From: Girardia tigrina
Lineage: Eukaryota
Length of the DNA stretch: 64,000 bases
Assembly (NCBI GenBank): GCA_001938485.1
Contig: MQRK01214219.1
Location: forward strand, 3,698-67,697
Direction: 5' to 3'
Part shown: positions 1 to 13,175 of the stretch, piece by piece
How the letters are laid out: the number at the start of each line of letters is the position of its first letter
How positions within the stretch are numbered: the first letter of the stretch is position 1
Program-made: the position numbers and the translations under genes
Notes under the pieces: generated by a model
The model's input: the letters and a program-made list of their open reading frames with translations, nothing else
What the model was told of the DNA's origin: nothing
Databases searched by the model: none

Positions 1-691
1 TAACATGTTGTACAAGTGTGAACATCTATTGGACACACACGCCCACACATACTGAGATACAAACACATGAACTCACGAATGATATCAATTAACATTGAAA
101 CAGTGATAAGAAGACACACACACACGTACGTTCTCGAGGCACACATTTCAATGAACAAAGAAGTAACTGATGCGTGCATGAACAGTTGTGAGTCAGCGTG
201 GCTGTTGCAGTAGAGCTTTGTTTTGCAATAATCTCTGTATGTATTACAAAAACAAAACCCCAATTTAGTTTTCAAATGGTGATTTAAAACTGATTTAACT
301 TTGACTNCATTAATTTTTTTACAATAAATAAATTCTCTATAAATTATCGGTGGATTAAATATTATTTCTACAATTTCAAATGTTCAATGAGGTGAGTTAT
401 TTTGCTTTGTTTATTAAATTTGAATTTAAATTTAACATCAATTAAATTTGAATTTAAAATTTGAAAATAACTAAATTTACATTCAAAATTCAGCAATGAT
501 TTGTCTGATTGTCAATGATACGGAAATTGTTTTCATGCATTTCATTATCGTCCTACTGAGCAGTTTTCATTTTTTTTCATTTGAAATCAAATTTTAATTT
601 CATAATAGTTTATTTATTTTTTTTGTGAGTATTAAACGGATTTTATTATTTATATCTAAATAAAAAAATATTCTTTGATAAAATTCTAAAA

Positions 692-1050
692 TCTTATCTT
701 ATAAAAGCCAAGTCACTCACTGCCTGCCTCACTGCCTCACTAACGCTGTAAGGTAAATTTTTGAAATGATTTTATAATCAATAAAGAAATGATTGTATAT
801 TAATAAATAAATATTAGAGTGATATTAGAATGAATGCGATTTTTGTAACCGTAATTTCTTAAATATCATTTTGTCTCGAGATATGATTTTCAAACTTTGC
901 ATTAAACAGAAATAAAAACTTTTGTTATACGATTTTTTATACTTGAAACACTGAAATTTTCAATAAAAATGCTTTCAGAAAAAAGTCGCGTGATCTAATA
1001 ACATTGAACCCCCGGCAAGAGAGGGCCGCGAAGCGGGCCGAGCGCGCTAG
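692..1050 (+). mobile_element. Non-autonomous Helitron
   Basis: 5' A|TC start (a|tcttatcttataaaagccaagtcactcactgcc); 3' GC-rich hairpin (ggccgcgaagcgggcc) followed by CTAG|T; no TSD. The same 5' end recurs at 14358. Confidence 0.8.
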
Positions 1051-1750
1051 TTATTTATACCTTTTCATTAATATATACCTTTTATATTTTATTTTTTAAT
1101 TACTTTCTCTTTTAAAATTAGTTTTATTTATTATTTTTATTCTTTTATTTATTATTTCTTCTAACTAATCTAAATTTGTTTTTCTTTTATTTATCTAAAC
1201 TTTTTTATTTTCTTTATTTATTTATATAGAAAATATAATTTAATATTTAAAAATATAAACTCTTCCGATTTATACTTTATTTTTTTATAATTAAAACAAA
1301 TATTAAATACAATAATATAGTTTTAAAATATTCCCTCAACATAACTAATGAATTTCCGTATGACTGAGTTCGTCTAAAAATTCCGGAATGTGAACATGGA
1401 CATGTTTTAATTAATTAATGAGATGCAGTATTAATGAAGTCATTCATCACAAAGATTAATGATAGTAGATTTGTAAATAAATTAATGCTTTGGTCTTACT
1501 TTATTTAAAACTAAAATTTAGTATCATACATTTAGAATATAAATGTTCTTAGCAAGCTAGTGCACCTAATTTTAGTTTCATATTTTACTATTTTTTTAAA
1601 ATGACCACTGACCAGCACTGGATTGTAAAAGTTAGATTTTACAAAAATATTACTCATAACTCAAAAAGGTTGCCGACGGTGTTTATTCACTTAATCGCAT
1701 CACAGATAATCGCAAATTCTATAAAATTTTATTCATTTATTGTCTATTTG

Positions 1751-4700
1751 TTTAATCATTTATTTTGACAAAATTTTATGATTTCAGATAATGGCAAATT
1801 TCATGTATGTTTATAATTGTTTATGATTTTATGATTTCAGATAATGGCAAATTTCATGTATGTTTATAATTGTTTAAATTATTTTGAGATATGTTACGAC
1901 CATAGAGTTACCCTGAAAGAAAACCCCGTCGCTATCCACACCCCGTACGCCCGAGACCATTGGAGAGAATTGTGGGGATAGTCTCCCTCGACTATCCCCG
2001 ATTAATGTTAAATTGGTCCCGAGCATTTTGGGGCGACGAATAAGCGAGGAGCTTCCCCGAGTTCGTCCCAATTACCGCCGCAGCTCCCTGTAGTCCTTTG
2101 AGGCTTCCTAAAATAAAACAAAAAGTTAACAATTTTAATTAACTTAATTAATATTACCTCGATAATTTAAAAAGTCCATTTGAAAATCCACGCGAGGACT
2201 TCATGAATCACCATTGTTTATCTTCGCCGTAAACATCCTGCACGATTGCAACGATCGACATCGCAATTGTCCTCTTTACTCTTTTGTAAACAGGACGCCG
2301 TGCGAATTCGCCGAACCGACATTTTGAAGACCAACTTACGGATGTCGACACTGTCCTTAACTCGATGCGTTAACAGGACGCTTCGAATTCCCTTAGGGTA
2401 TAAATACCCGACACACTTCATAGTTGAACTGAACAATATGATTGAACAATTTAATTTAATTTCATTTTCATCAACTGAACAGTTTGATTTAATTTAATTT
2501 TATTCAACTGAACAATTTAATATTGACGGTATCGCCAACCGAATTATCATAATTGAAAATTTCGAAGGTTTTATTAAACTGTTATTTGCTATTATCGATT
2601 TCCTAACGAAGCAGATCCACAGGTTATTATAAAAACCGTAATTTGTAGCTATATTTAATCTTGAAAGTTGTAATTTTGAAATTTTGATTTGATAATGTTT
2701 TTATGTTTATGTAATCGTTTGTCTTTTTAAAGTTTTAATCCTCTCTGTTTTATTGGATATCTTAACTGAATTGATCAAAATTAGCCGTTTCTACCTGATT
2801 TATTTTAATAGACATTCTGGGTTGGTGTATTTTATTAGAGTACAAGGTTAATTCTCTTGTATAAATACGCGAGTAGCCTTGATTTCCTGAACGGCCGAGT
2901 TTGATTGATATCCATCTTGATGCCCAAGGACGTACGTTCTGTCCGTAGCCCTCTAATAGATTTTCCCATTATATTGTTCATGAATGAAAATAAATCCTCG
3001 TTGGTAACAAAGATCTCTCCGAACCTCAGACTTAGATCAATGACTAGACAAGTTGACCAGGAAGGATCAGTAAGGAGGTATCGTGGGGAGAACGATGGAG
3101 GACGAGCTCGAGAAGAATAGAAGGAGGGTCAATGTAAATAATGTACATAACTACTGACGATAATTGAGTTCCAATCGATAATAAACCATTTCGTGTAAAA
3201 GTCTTTTCTTTTACTATTATTGATAGATCCATTTTACCATCGACAATTTAATAATTAATTTTTAAAACCAAAGTACAAATCGTTATCAAAGCCAATTAAC
3301 AATTTATGTTTCAATGGTTTCGGTAAACAATTCGTCTCAAAATTTTAAAATAATTTTTAACGTAATTTAATAATTAATAATTCTAGTTTTTAAACCGAAA
3401 TACAAATCGTTATCCAAGCCAATTACTAATTTATAAATTTATTTTTCGATAGTTCTGTATACAGTTCATCTCAATATTTTATAATAACTTTTAACCTAAA
3501 GCACAAGTCGAAATGGAAATTACTGAACACAAAGAACTTCTTCAAGGTTTCCTTTCGCTATTAACTGAAAATTTCGCCATCGAAAGAAGTTTTAAAGGAT
3601 TTAGTAATTTTAATTAGAAATAAATATAAAGAGAATCACCGCTTAAATAAAATCTCTTTTCCTGGAACATAAACCAAAACTCCATTTCAGTACTAAGACC
3701 CCTTTTCATTGCTAAATTATATGTTGTCGATTATAACTATGGCTTAAGTAACAATTCGTTTCAGTTAATTCCTTTTGTCTCATCATGAAAAGAATTTCAA
3801 AGTTCCCCGTCTCCCTGAAGCCCCGGTGAAACATTAATTTTAAATGTTAATTAAATCATGTCTTTAATAAAACCGTTCGATACTGAAAACAAAATTATTA
3901 AACGAAATAACCAAGTTTATTCATTTTTCTGTTTAATCAATTAATGGAAAAGATTTTTCTTAATTCATAATTGTGTGTTTTAATTTAAAATGTAGACGCT
4001 GTAATTAAATTAAATCCAGATTAGATTAAATGTAAGAAATTTAAATACCAGTACAATTGATTCGATCGTTTTAAATAATTAATCGTTATTAATAAATTAT
4101 ATCAATATCAAAAAATCAGAGCCGACTCTTAAAAGCCACGGAGAATTATAATCTTGTGAGGGTTAGGGTGAGAGTTGACACATGAATTATTAGCCTTGTG
4201 ACAAGCACAAATCAAACTACGAGAATTAAGTTCAGAGGCGACACATCTGAGTCCAACGTAATTAAAAACGATGATGGAGGCAGGATTGAAAATGATAGTG
4301 GAACTCTATTGTAGTTATATATTAATTAGTCATACATTAAATTACTGAATGTGTTAGGGTAACCAGATATTCCAGAATACCAATTTGCTGATAATTATCA
4401 AATTGTAATAATGGTATCGAATTAATTATAAATGGCATACGTAAAACATGGTGCGTCATCCTCGATATGGTACATGGATCCGTCTAATTTCCTTGAGTTA
4501 TAGTTGAGTTAATACTGAGCAGTTCTATATCCCGTAGCGAGATTCTGTGCGTTAAAATCCAATCTTTGATTAAAATTCTAAAGTTCGAAAGGATAGATAA
4601 ACTTATTAATATTTGACTAACGTTTATAAAATCAATGAATTGATCTTTAAAATTAGATAAAGGACTGTAACTCCCGGTCGGTTAAAATTGAGATTTGACG

Positions 4701-5570
4701 GGTATAAAATATTAGAAATTCCCTCTTTAAAATCATAAAATGACGTAAGATTAAACCTGAATAATTTCTAAATTAACGTAAAAGAGACTAACAATTGAGA
4801 GAACGAATAAATTAAATTAGTGTCAGAACACAGAAAGTGAATAATGTTATCATTATAAAATTTTGGTTCAAATTCAGTATGTTAATTATTATTTGAATGA
4901 AAATGATTGACGCAGGCAAGAACTTGGAGAGACGGTGCCGGCAGACCATAATATGTACAGGGGCACATGGTCTGACCGTCACTTATTGCTCTAGGATATC
5001 CTTGTCTGGCGAGAATAACCAAAAGGAATTTGAGTAATCCTGAGAAATTGAGTCGTTAAAGTTAGGATCATTTCTGTTGATGAAATTTTATTTGGAATCA
5101 ATTTAAATGTTTTGTTCTGATCTCAACGAAAACTTTTAATCAACAGATAACAATTTATCAATATGCACGATTCTGGAATGTATTTGAAATGTTTTTATAC
5201 ATTTAGAAGCTCAGCCACCAGTCGGGTCATCCTCGTTACTGGTTAAGAACCCGAAGGCGCTGTAATGCTTACACAACTTGTTGATGTAGCAAAGGAAGCG
5301 TGTCTGTTCCCCGTTGACATGTAATTAGTTAAGTTTTGACAGAGTTGCCGTTGAACTCTAATGAAAACGGATGGGGGATCGGAGTCATCATTAATGTTGT
5401 TTAAAGGGGAGCACGACAAAATAATTAAATAAAAATAAACATTCAATAAAAATAAAAATTTAATTAAACTAAAAATTCAATAAAAATTTAATCATTTATG
5501 TTTTATCTGTTTAATTGCGTATTTAATCATTTATTTTGACAAAATTTTATGTATGTTTATAATTGTTTAA
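1751..5570. mobile_element. Unclassified decayed element: short broken ORFs between ~50-bp direct repeats
   Basis: tttaatcatttattttgacaaaattttatg...tatgtttataattgttta occurs at ~1751 and ~5522. The interior is less AT-rich, with broken ORFs on both strands, a minus-strand GT-AG intron-like segment (2157-2108) and internal tandem duplications. No recognisable domain. Confidence 0.3.
1774..1877 (+). repeat. Two-copy tandem repeat, 53-bp period
   Basis: ttttatgatttcagataatggcaaatttcatgtatgtttataattgttta begins at both 1774 and 1827. Confidence 0.9.
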
Positions 5571-6387
5571 TTTATCTAATTGTTTATTTAATTTATTTTA
5601 ATTTAGATAAATCTAAATCATTGTTTAATTCATAAAAAATTATGGATACTACATTTGGTATTAGTACAAAAGGAAAGACATATATATTTATATTCATGCT
5701 ATTAACTAATAAATTATTAGTAATAATGAATAAATTAAATAAAACGAAGCTAAGTTTTATTCAACAATTGATAATACACATAAGCTTTTAATCAAAAAGC
5801 AATAATTGCTAATTAAAATAATAAATAGCCAGACACCGAATGTTATTCAACGGAAAATTGAGTCGCGTGTAGTCTGTATTTTGTTATTGTAGTAATCAGT
5901 TATTATCATTTAGAACTATGGTTTTTCTCCTATCATATATTTATTTATTTTAAATTATAAATATAAAAATATTTTTTCTTCCTATATTTTGTTTCTCTTT
6001 TTTATCTCAATGGAAGACTATTCATTACGCTGTCTTTCCATTGAGATATTTATTTTCTATGTATAAAAAAATCGATTGTCATAAATAAAATGAAAATAAT
6101 ATAAATAACATATAATCTAATTCAATAGCAAAATGAAAGATGAAATGCAATATTACAAAATAGAAGCAAATTATCTGTTCAAAAAGCCTTTACTTGTCAA
6201 TTCCAATTTAACTGGAGTTTCCGCCTTAACTACAATTTTAATGATGAAGATGCATATCAATCGTTTGCATTAAAGCAATTAACATTCTGCAAAAAAACTG
6301 CTCTGAATAACAAGAAAAACACAGGTCGGTCTTATGATGGAAATTCAATAAAAAATAAATCACAGCAACCTAAAAAAGTGAACAAGA

Positions 6388-6927
6388 ATGAAGAAAAATA
6401 AAAAAATAATGGTCGCGATCAGGGAAAATATTGTCAATTTGGCGAATGATGTTTGCATATTTTACACATCCCAGTCTCATTTTGTATTTACGGTTATGAG
6501 AACGGAGGCATATAACTTAATTCGATTGTTATCCTTACCGTCTATTCAAGAATATCATTCTATATTATCAAACAAGCTGTTGACAAATCATATCGTTCTC
6601 ATCAATCAGGGAGTAGAACTTAAAATTTTAATCTATCAAGAAATGCGTGATATTTCACAGGATTTGATTTTGAATTATTATAAATTTCCATCACCTCGTC
6701 CCACAAGTTTAAAAGATGAAATGCATCACTCACCGAAAATTATTTATTTCTCTACGTGGTTGAATGATGATTATATTCCTGGAATAAGAAAACGGAAAAT
6801 CGATTCCCACGGATTTAATTTTCCTATTATTAAAACAAAGCCATTTATTATTGTAAAAAACAATTATATCAAAATTTACCTAGCCGATATAATTTTATTT
6901 CAGTTTAATTTTGGAATTTCTTGTTGA
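6388..6927 (+). pseudogene. Unidentified 179-aa ORF, probably part of a longer decayed coding region (~6130-7400)
   Basis: Long open frame in very AT-rich DNA, with broken protein-like frames on each side; no motif recognised. Confidence 0.25.
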
Positions 6928-7935
6928 ATTTAATCTGTCAACAATTTTGTTTTAAAGATTGTTTCCAGCAAGAAATAATTAAATTGTATGAAAAATCATT
7001 TTCGAAATTTTATACAATTTTTAAAAAATTGCTTGTAAAATTTAATATTCTTCAATCGTCATTATCTGATCTAATTTTACAAATTAAAAAACAAGATTAA
7101 AAAAATCGTTTACATTTGTTAAAAATGATAAATATCGAAAACTAGGCAGAATAAAAGCTTAGTTTTGTGCACAATTTAAAAATCATTTAACAGATCATCA
7201 AATACGCCACGATATCCAATTTTCTTCCAATTTCTTATCAAATTTCTAATTAAATTTTCCGATATACAGTTTAGTACCGATACTATATTATTCGCTAATA
7301 TAGCATCGTATCAAATTTCTTGTTCAACCATTTACCAGACTTATACATCAATTTCCATCTATTATTATATCATTCCATTATCTTCCAGGTGTTATTTTTG
7401 ATTCATTTCATAGCCAAAACCAACCAGATTAGTTTATTATTTTGTTGTTAATTGACTGCATTTTTATCCGTTTTCTTTATTTTGATTTGTAAATATAAAG
7501 AAATAAAGTATTTTAAAACTATTTATTTTTATTACATTATCTAGTATAAGTAATCCTAATGGATAAAACATAATTTATTGAGTACTACATGTAACAGTTA
7601 TTGTAAAATTTCAATCGGCCAAAATCTGCACAGATATTCAGTGCAGCTGTAGGCCTACCTTCTATTCCTACCTGTATAAAATAACTCTGTATATTTGGAA
7701 ATATCTAAAGGTTTAAAACCACAATTGATAAAACAGTTCTGTATTGTACTTGTTTTTTATAGCTCGCCAGCTTTCAGCCACAAACAGTATGGCTTGCAAA
7801 AAGAGAACTTTTGAACTAATCTCTATGGCTGTAGTGGAACTTGTTAATATGTTTTCATAAATAGATTCTAATATGTAATTAACTAAATTTTATTTATTTG
7901 AAAGTGCAAAATCATTTATTGACATTTCGTAAAGG

Positions 7936-9427
7936 CAGTGGCGTAGCGTAGGGGGGTGGAGGGGGCGGTCCGCCCCGGGCGGCACAACTGTTGGGGGCGG
8001 CATTAGTGAATGGGAGAAATATTATGTATAAAATAAAACGAAGAAAAATCTGACCAGAAATGCTGGACATATCAGAATGTTAAAATGAACTAATTTAATG
8101 AAAACTGCCAATGGGTTGGAAGATTTGTCTCTTACCAGATATGTACAAATTCTTTACCGGTTGTTCTCTTTTTTTCCTCATCTACGCATCGCTGGATGTC
8201 CTGATTCATGAAACTGGTCGAAGTATTAAGCGGGTTGTGGAATCCAGATGGAGCACTAGAGCTGATGCTATAAATGTGTTGGTGAAAAATTTATCACAAG
8301 TCATGACTGCGCTGGAGAAGCTCATCAAAGAAGGAGAAACTTTAACGAAAAGATCAGATGCATCTTTAATCCTATCATCAGTACTGTCATTTCCGTTTCT
8401 ATCGCTTTTGAACCTTTTGAATTCAATTCTACCAGAGATCAATGATGCCCAGAAGTATCTTCAAACAAAAGGGCTCAATCTGCATCACAGTTCTGTCAAA
8501 CTCATATCACTCAAAGATTACCTTTTTGAGAATACAGAAAAGATGGTGGACAGTGCAATGGACGAATCCAAAATTCTCTGCTTTGAAGTGGGGATAAGTA
8601 TGGAGCGTCGTATTCGCAAAAAGAAAAGAATGGATGGCGAGGTATTGACTGATGTAGCGATGACATTTGATGCAGAATTGAGACGGGAAATGTTGTCTGT
8701 TATAGACAGGTTGATAGACGAAATATATTCAAGATTTCAACAAGTTCATGATCTTGCAAACAGATATGCTTTTATTGCACAATTGAGTCTCTTTGATGAT
8801 AATTACGATTGCCAACTTGGTGAAATAGAAGACGAGGCAGAGAAAAAGGAATTCTTAGCCGAAAGAAGAAGACTGCAGTATTTTGTCCGAGCTTCAGGAA
8901 ATAACAGAATTAACGGACCTTTAGAACTTTTGAGCTTCATACAGAGATATCACCTTAGAGACTCCGTCCTTAATATTGTGATTTTGCTGCGCATCTTTCT
9001 TACCCGGACTATTAGCGTTGCCAGCTGCGAACACTCGTTTTCCAAATTAAAGCTCATTAAGAACTATCTCCGATCTACAATAAGCCAATCAAGGCTTACA
9101 GATTTGGTAGTTCTCTCCATTGAGAGGGAGCTTGCTGCTGAACTGAATTTTGATACTGTTATCAATAAATTTGCAGAAATGAAAGTGCGAAAAGTTCGCT
9201 TGTAAATTGTAAATAAAATTGTAAATTTTGAAATGACTTCATTGCTTGGTTATTTTTACTATAAGAATAAGAGTAATGCTAGAAAAATAGGAAATTAAAG
9301 TAAATATTTTGTGACTATTTAATTTTTAGTAAAAACAGTAATTAAGGGTTCCAAATAATGGGTTAGGGTTAGGGGGCGGCAAATCTTAGGACCGCCCCGG
9401 GCGCCAATAACAGTTGCTACGCCACTG
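7936..9427 (+). mobile_element. Internally deleted hAT transposon (Tip100/ZMYM1-like transposase)
   Basis: TIRs cagtggcgtagc...gctacgccactg; perfect 8-bp TSD cgtaaagg (7928-7935 and 9428-9435); GC-rich subterminal ccgccccgggcg motifs. Confidence 0.95.
8111..9205 (+). pseudogene. C-terminal half of hAT transposase, including the hATC dimerisation domain
   Basis: ESRWSTR motif and ISVASCEHSFSKLKLIKNYLRSTISQSRLTDLVVLSIERE. The N-terminal domains and first catalytic Asp residues are missing. Confidence 0.9.
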
Positions 9428-12400
9428 CGTAAAGGGTTAATTCTTTTTAAAATAAACGAACAAAATAAGGTTTAAATTTACTGTCCCAATTAAACAAACA
9501 AGTTCATTATTTATTTCTTGTTTTTGTTTCGGTTATTTGAGATTTGTGCTAATTAAGGGGAATCGACTGTATATGATGATTATTATAATAAGAAAAAAGG
9601 TATTAATATAAGATAAAAAATATTATACCGCTCATACTTTGATAAATTATTTATCTAATGACAGGACAAAAACACAGAAACCAAATAAGGTTTATCAAAA
9701 TAAACAATTACCGAAATTAAAACCTATATTGATATAAATATTCATAAAAAAATAAGATTTGCTATTACATTTTATTGAACAGGAACAACTTGATACACTA
9801 TCGCTTTAAATCAGACACTTTCAAAGATATCTCCAGACAATTTTAATAATGAAACACAAATTATTCCGTACAAAACACAATCAGCCAGGTCAACAGACAT
9901 TCTCAACACTGACTCCAACAGATAAATTATCGAATCAAAGCGTCAGAAAATATGATTGAAAACAAACATGAACATGAACAGTCGTTAAATTTTATTGAAG
10001 ACAACAATGAACATTGACACTCTTATCCGACAGAAATCGAAAACGGATATTCTTGATCGCATCCCAAATAACTGTCTGACATGAAATAGAGAGTGTATTC
10101 GTATATGCCCGGTTTCCGAGGAACTTCGAAATTCAGTTGCACGACTCCAGCCGGTGCATTCAACAGTTTGATCGATATCAAATTATCTTGCTTCGGTTCA
10201 CCGACAACCAGCCACCAACTTTCTTCGCGTTTCTAAATTGGAGATTCAATTAAAGACATGTTAGAGGAGAAGTACTAATTTAATTCAAATAAATTTGTTT
10301 TTATAAATACATAAGCTTATCTGGTTTATAAACTTGCATAATGTTTTTGAATTTTTTTATTATTAATTCATTAATGCTAAAAATATTTTTGAAATATAAA
10401 TTTAATATAATGGATCAAAAGATAAAAAACACAAATTTGTTATCAATGTTACATTTATCCAAAAGACAAAATCTAAGAAAAAATCTAAAGCTTAATTTTA
10501 GCATGGTAATGAAAAGGTTAATGCTATTCTTAAAAAAATACTTAAAATATTATATATTTGATATTTACAAAAACAAAATTAGTTAAAAATGAATTAATGA
10601 AGTTAATGAAAGTGAAGATATAAAAATATAAAAAACACTCACATAAGGGAAATAAGGCGCATGTACTGGTCCTTTAGAGAGCCTTTAGCGATAAATCGGG
10701 TTGATTAAATGTTTAAGATTTTGGATCACACTTCACAGCGTGCTTATATATATAATTATATAATAAATTTTAAAATTAAAATTATCTTTAAGAATTACTT
10801 TTCTTTATAATTTTCGATCTCGTTTAAATTCTTTTAATTGAGCACTCTTTCAGTGTGATTTACGAGTTTATAAATTTTTCGATTTGACTCGTTTAAATAT
10901 AATTTAGAACAAATAATTTATACGACGTCTAGACTAATAACAATCTTCTAGTCTTTCTCCTTTTCTCTTCAAAATAAATTCTCTGACCCTTCTTAATAAC
11001 TTTTTGACCTCTTCTATTAGATCATTTATTTATTAATTAATTTTATTTTTAATTTTAATTTATTATTTTCTTTTAAATATTTATCCTTCTTTTCTTCTTT
11101 TATTTACTTAAACCTTCTTTAATATCTTGTTTATTTATAAAAAATATATAATTTTTTAAAATTAAAACAAACGCTGTCGATTTATGATTTATTTATTTTT
11201 CTTCAAATTTAAATAACTATCAAAATAAAATACATTATTATACATTTTAGAATATACCCTCAATAATTTTTTAAATGAAGAAAAATTATTTTTCGATTGT
11301 AAAAATAGAAATCATTTTTTATGTTTTTTATTAAGTATGGTTTTTAAAAAGTATTTATTAAAAATGTTGGTATTTTAAACTTTTTATGTGATATAGAAAA
11401 TACTTTATAGCATTTTTCAATTCTAATTTTTTAATATAATATTCTGCTTGTGATGTTACTAATGGTTCGAAAAATAATGTTGATGTTGTTTAACGTTGTG
11501 GCTTTTATGAATATTTAATATTATTGCATTTTTACAAATTATTACGCTATTTCGGATTGATTTGAATTTATTTCAGTGGCGTCCGCATAATATTGGACTC
11601 ATTGATCAATTGATTATTCGATATTTTGGATGATTTCTATTTTAATCAATTTTTTGTGTTTCTTTCCATATTTTCCTGCTTCCGTTGCATATCTTGTCGT
11701 ATATTTCGTCGTTTAATTTTTGTCACATTTTTTGCGATTTTTTTCTGATTGTATCGGTCATTTTCCATCGATATTTGCGTTTTTCGATGGCAAAAATGAA
11801 ATAAAATGGAATATCATTATTTTTCTTTTGAATTTCTGTTGCTTGGTGTTGATTGTGATGTTTTTATTTCTTGTTGATTTTTATACGATTTTTCCGATTA
11901 TTTTTTGATTTTTCTGCGTTTATTTAGTGGGCGATGTTCCAATTTATCCACTTTTACATTTATTCGCTGTTTTGTTACTGTTTTTCGATGTAATTATTAT
12001 CTGTTATTATCCGCGGGTATTTTACGGATATTTTAATGATTTTTCCGACTACTTTGCTCGCTTATTATTTCGTAATGCAACAAAATAAGCGAATTATATG
12101 CGGAAAAATCTAAAATATTACCAAAAAATCAGAAATAAACGGATTAACGAAAATAACCGAACTCCGCATAAAAATCCGATCGAAAATTGATGTGGAAAAT
12201 AAAAACCGAAGAACAGCGTGCATAATAAGTAATAGCAAAACTCGCGAAATAACCCAAAATTCACCAAAAAATTAAGCGCAATAAATACCGTAAAATATTA
12301 TACAAAAAAGAGAACGGAAAATGATATTTTCAACGAAAATTTATAAAGTTAAAATAAATCACTTAGTTGGGTTATGAAGATATATTAAGCAAAATAAAAT

Positions 12401-12671
12401 CCCCACTCTCCTCCGGATTGTCACGGAGACAGGCCTATGCGTTTCGCCGGCTCCATGAGGTAAAAAGGTGATTTAAAATTAAAGGTCATTTGTAAAAAGT
12501 AAAATACACGCACATTGCGGTGGAATTTCCGCATGAAATTTGGAGTGCGCGCGTAGAGTATCGTCATTGGCATAGTGCAATTAATCCGGATAAACAAAAA
12601 TGTTTCAAAGGTCCGGAAAGAGGCTGGAAAAAAATACTAAAATTAGTAAAATTAAAACAAAATAAAAGTAC

Positions 12672-12950
12672 TTACTGCGGTGGAGGATGCAATAGGTACT
12701 GAAGAAACACATCTGACTTTAAGGATTGCCAATCTAACTGCAAGGGGAGAGTTCAGATGTCCATTTAGTGGCTGTACGAAGTCCACGAATACAGCTAAAG
12801 GTATGATATTCATTGCTATACAACCCGAAACTATCCAACCCCGTCGGATGCCTATCGGGAGACTGCTGGTGATTTTTTAGTTTGGGTGGACCATCTAAAG
12901 AGCCCAGATGCTCAATACCATTTAAAAGAAATGGGAGGCCACATATAATA
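12672..12950 (+). mobile_element. 3' end of non-LTR retrotransposon with C-terminal C2H2-like zinc finger (copy 1)
   Basis: FRCPFSGCTKSTNTAKGM plus a conserved 3' UTR (ggtggaccatctaaagagcc...ctcaataccattt...gggaggcc) shared with the copies at 26030-26452 and 33333-33985. Confidence 0.7.
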
Positions 12951-13175
12951 GACAAACATTACAAATTCAATTAATTAAATGCTGTGATGATGAAATTACT
13001 TTTATAATATAATTGCACAATATTGAATTTCAGTAAAAATAAAATATTTAAGTATAAAGTTGGATTACATATTATTTTTCATGTTTTTTGAATGATGAAT
13101 AATTAAATATTTTAAGTAGAGATTTTTTGTAGCGATTTTAAATTAAACTTTAAGTTATATTGAATATTTTTTCTA

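Noticed and set aside
1080-11265. Similar AT-rich tracts at ~1080-1341 and ~11000-11265 as paired LTRs of one 10-kb element
   Set aside because: The similarity is loose and low-complexity (both end ccctcaa(c/t)a), and no TSD, PBS, PPT or pol was found between them.
12430-12465. Minus-strand cctcatggagccggcgaaacgcatagg as a hammerhead
   Set aside because: The core box is mismatched, stem II has no loop and no Penelope ORF is adjacent; too weak to call.
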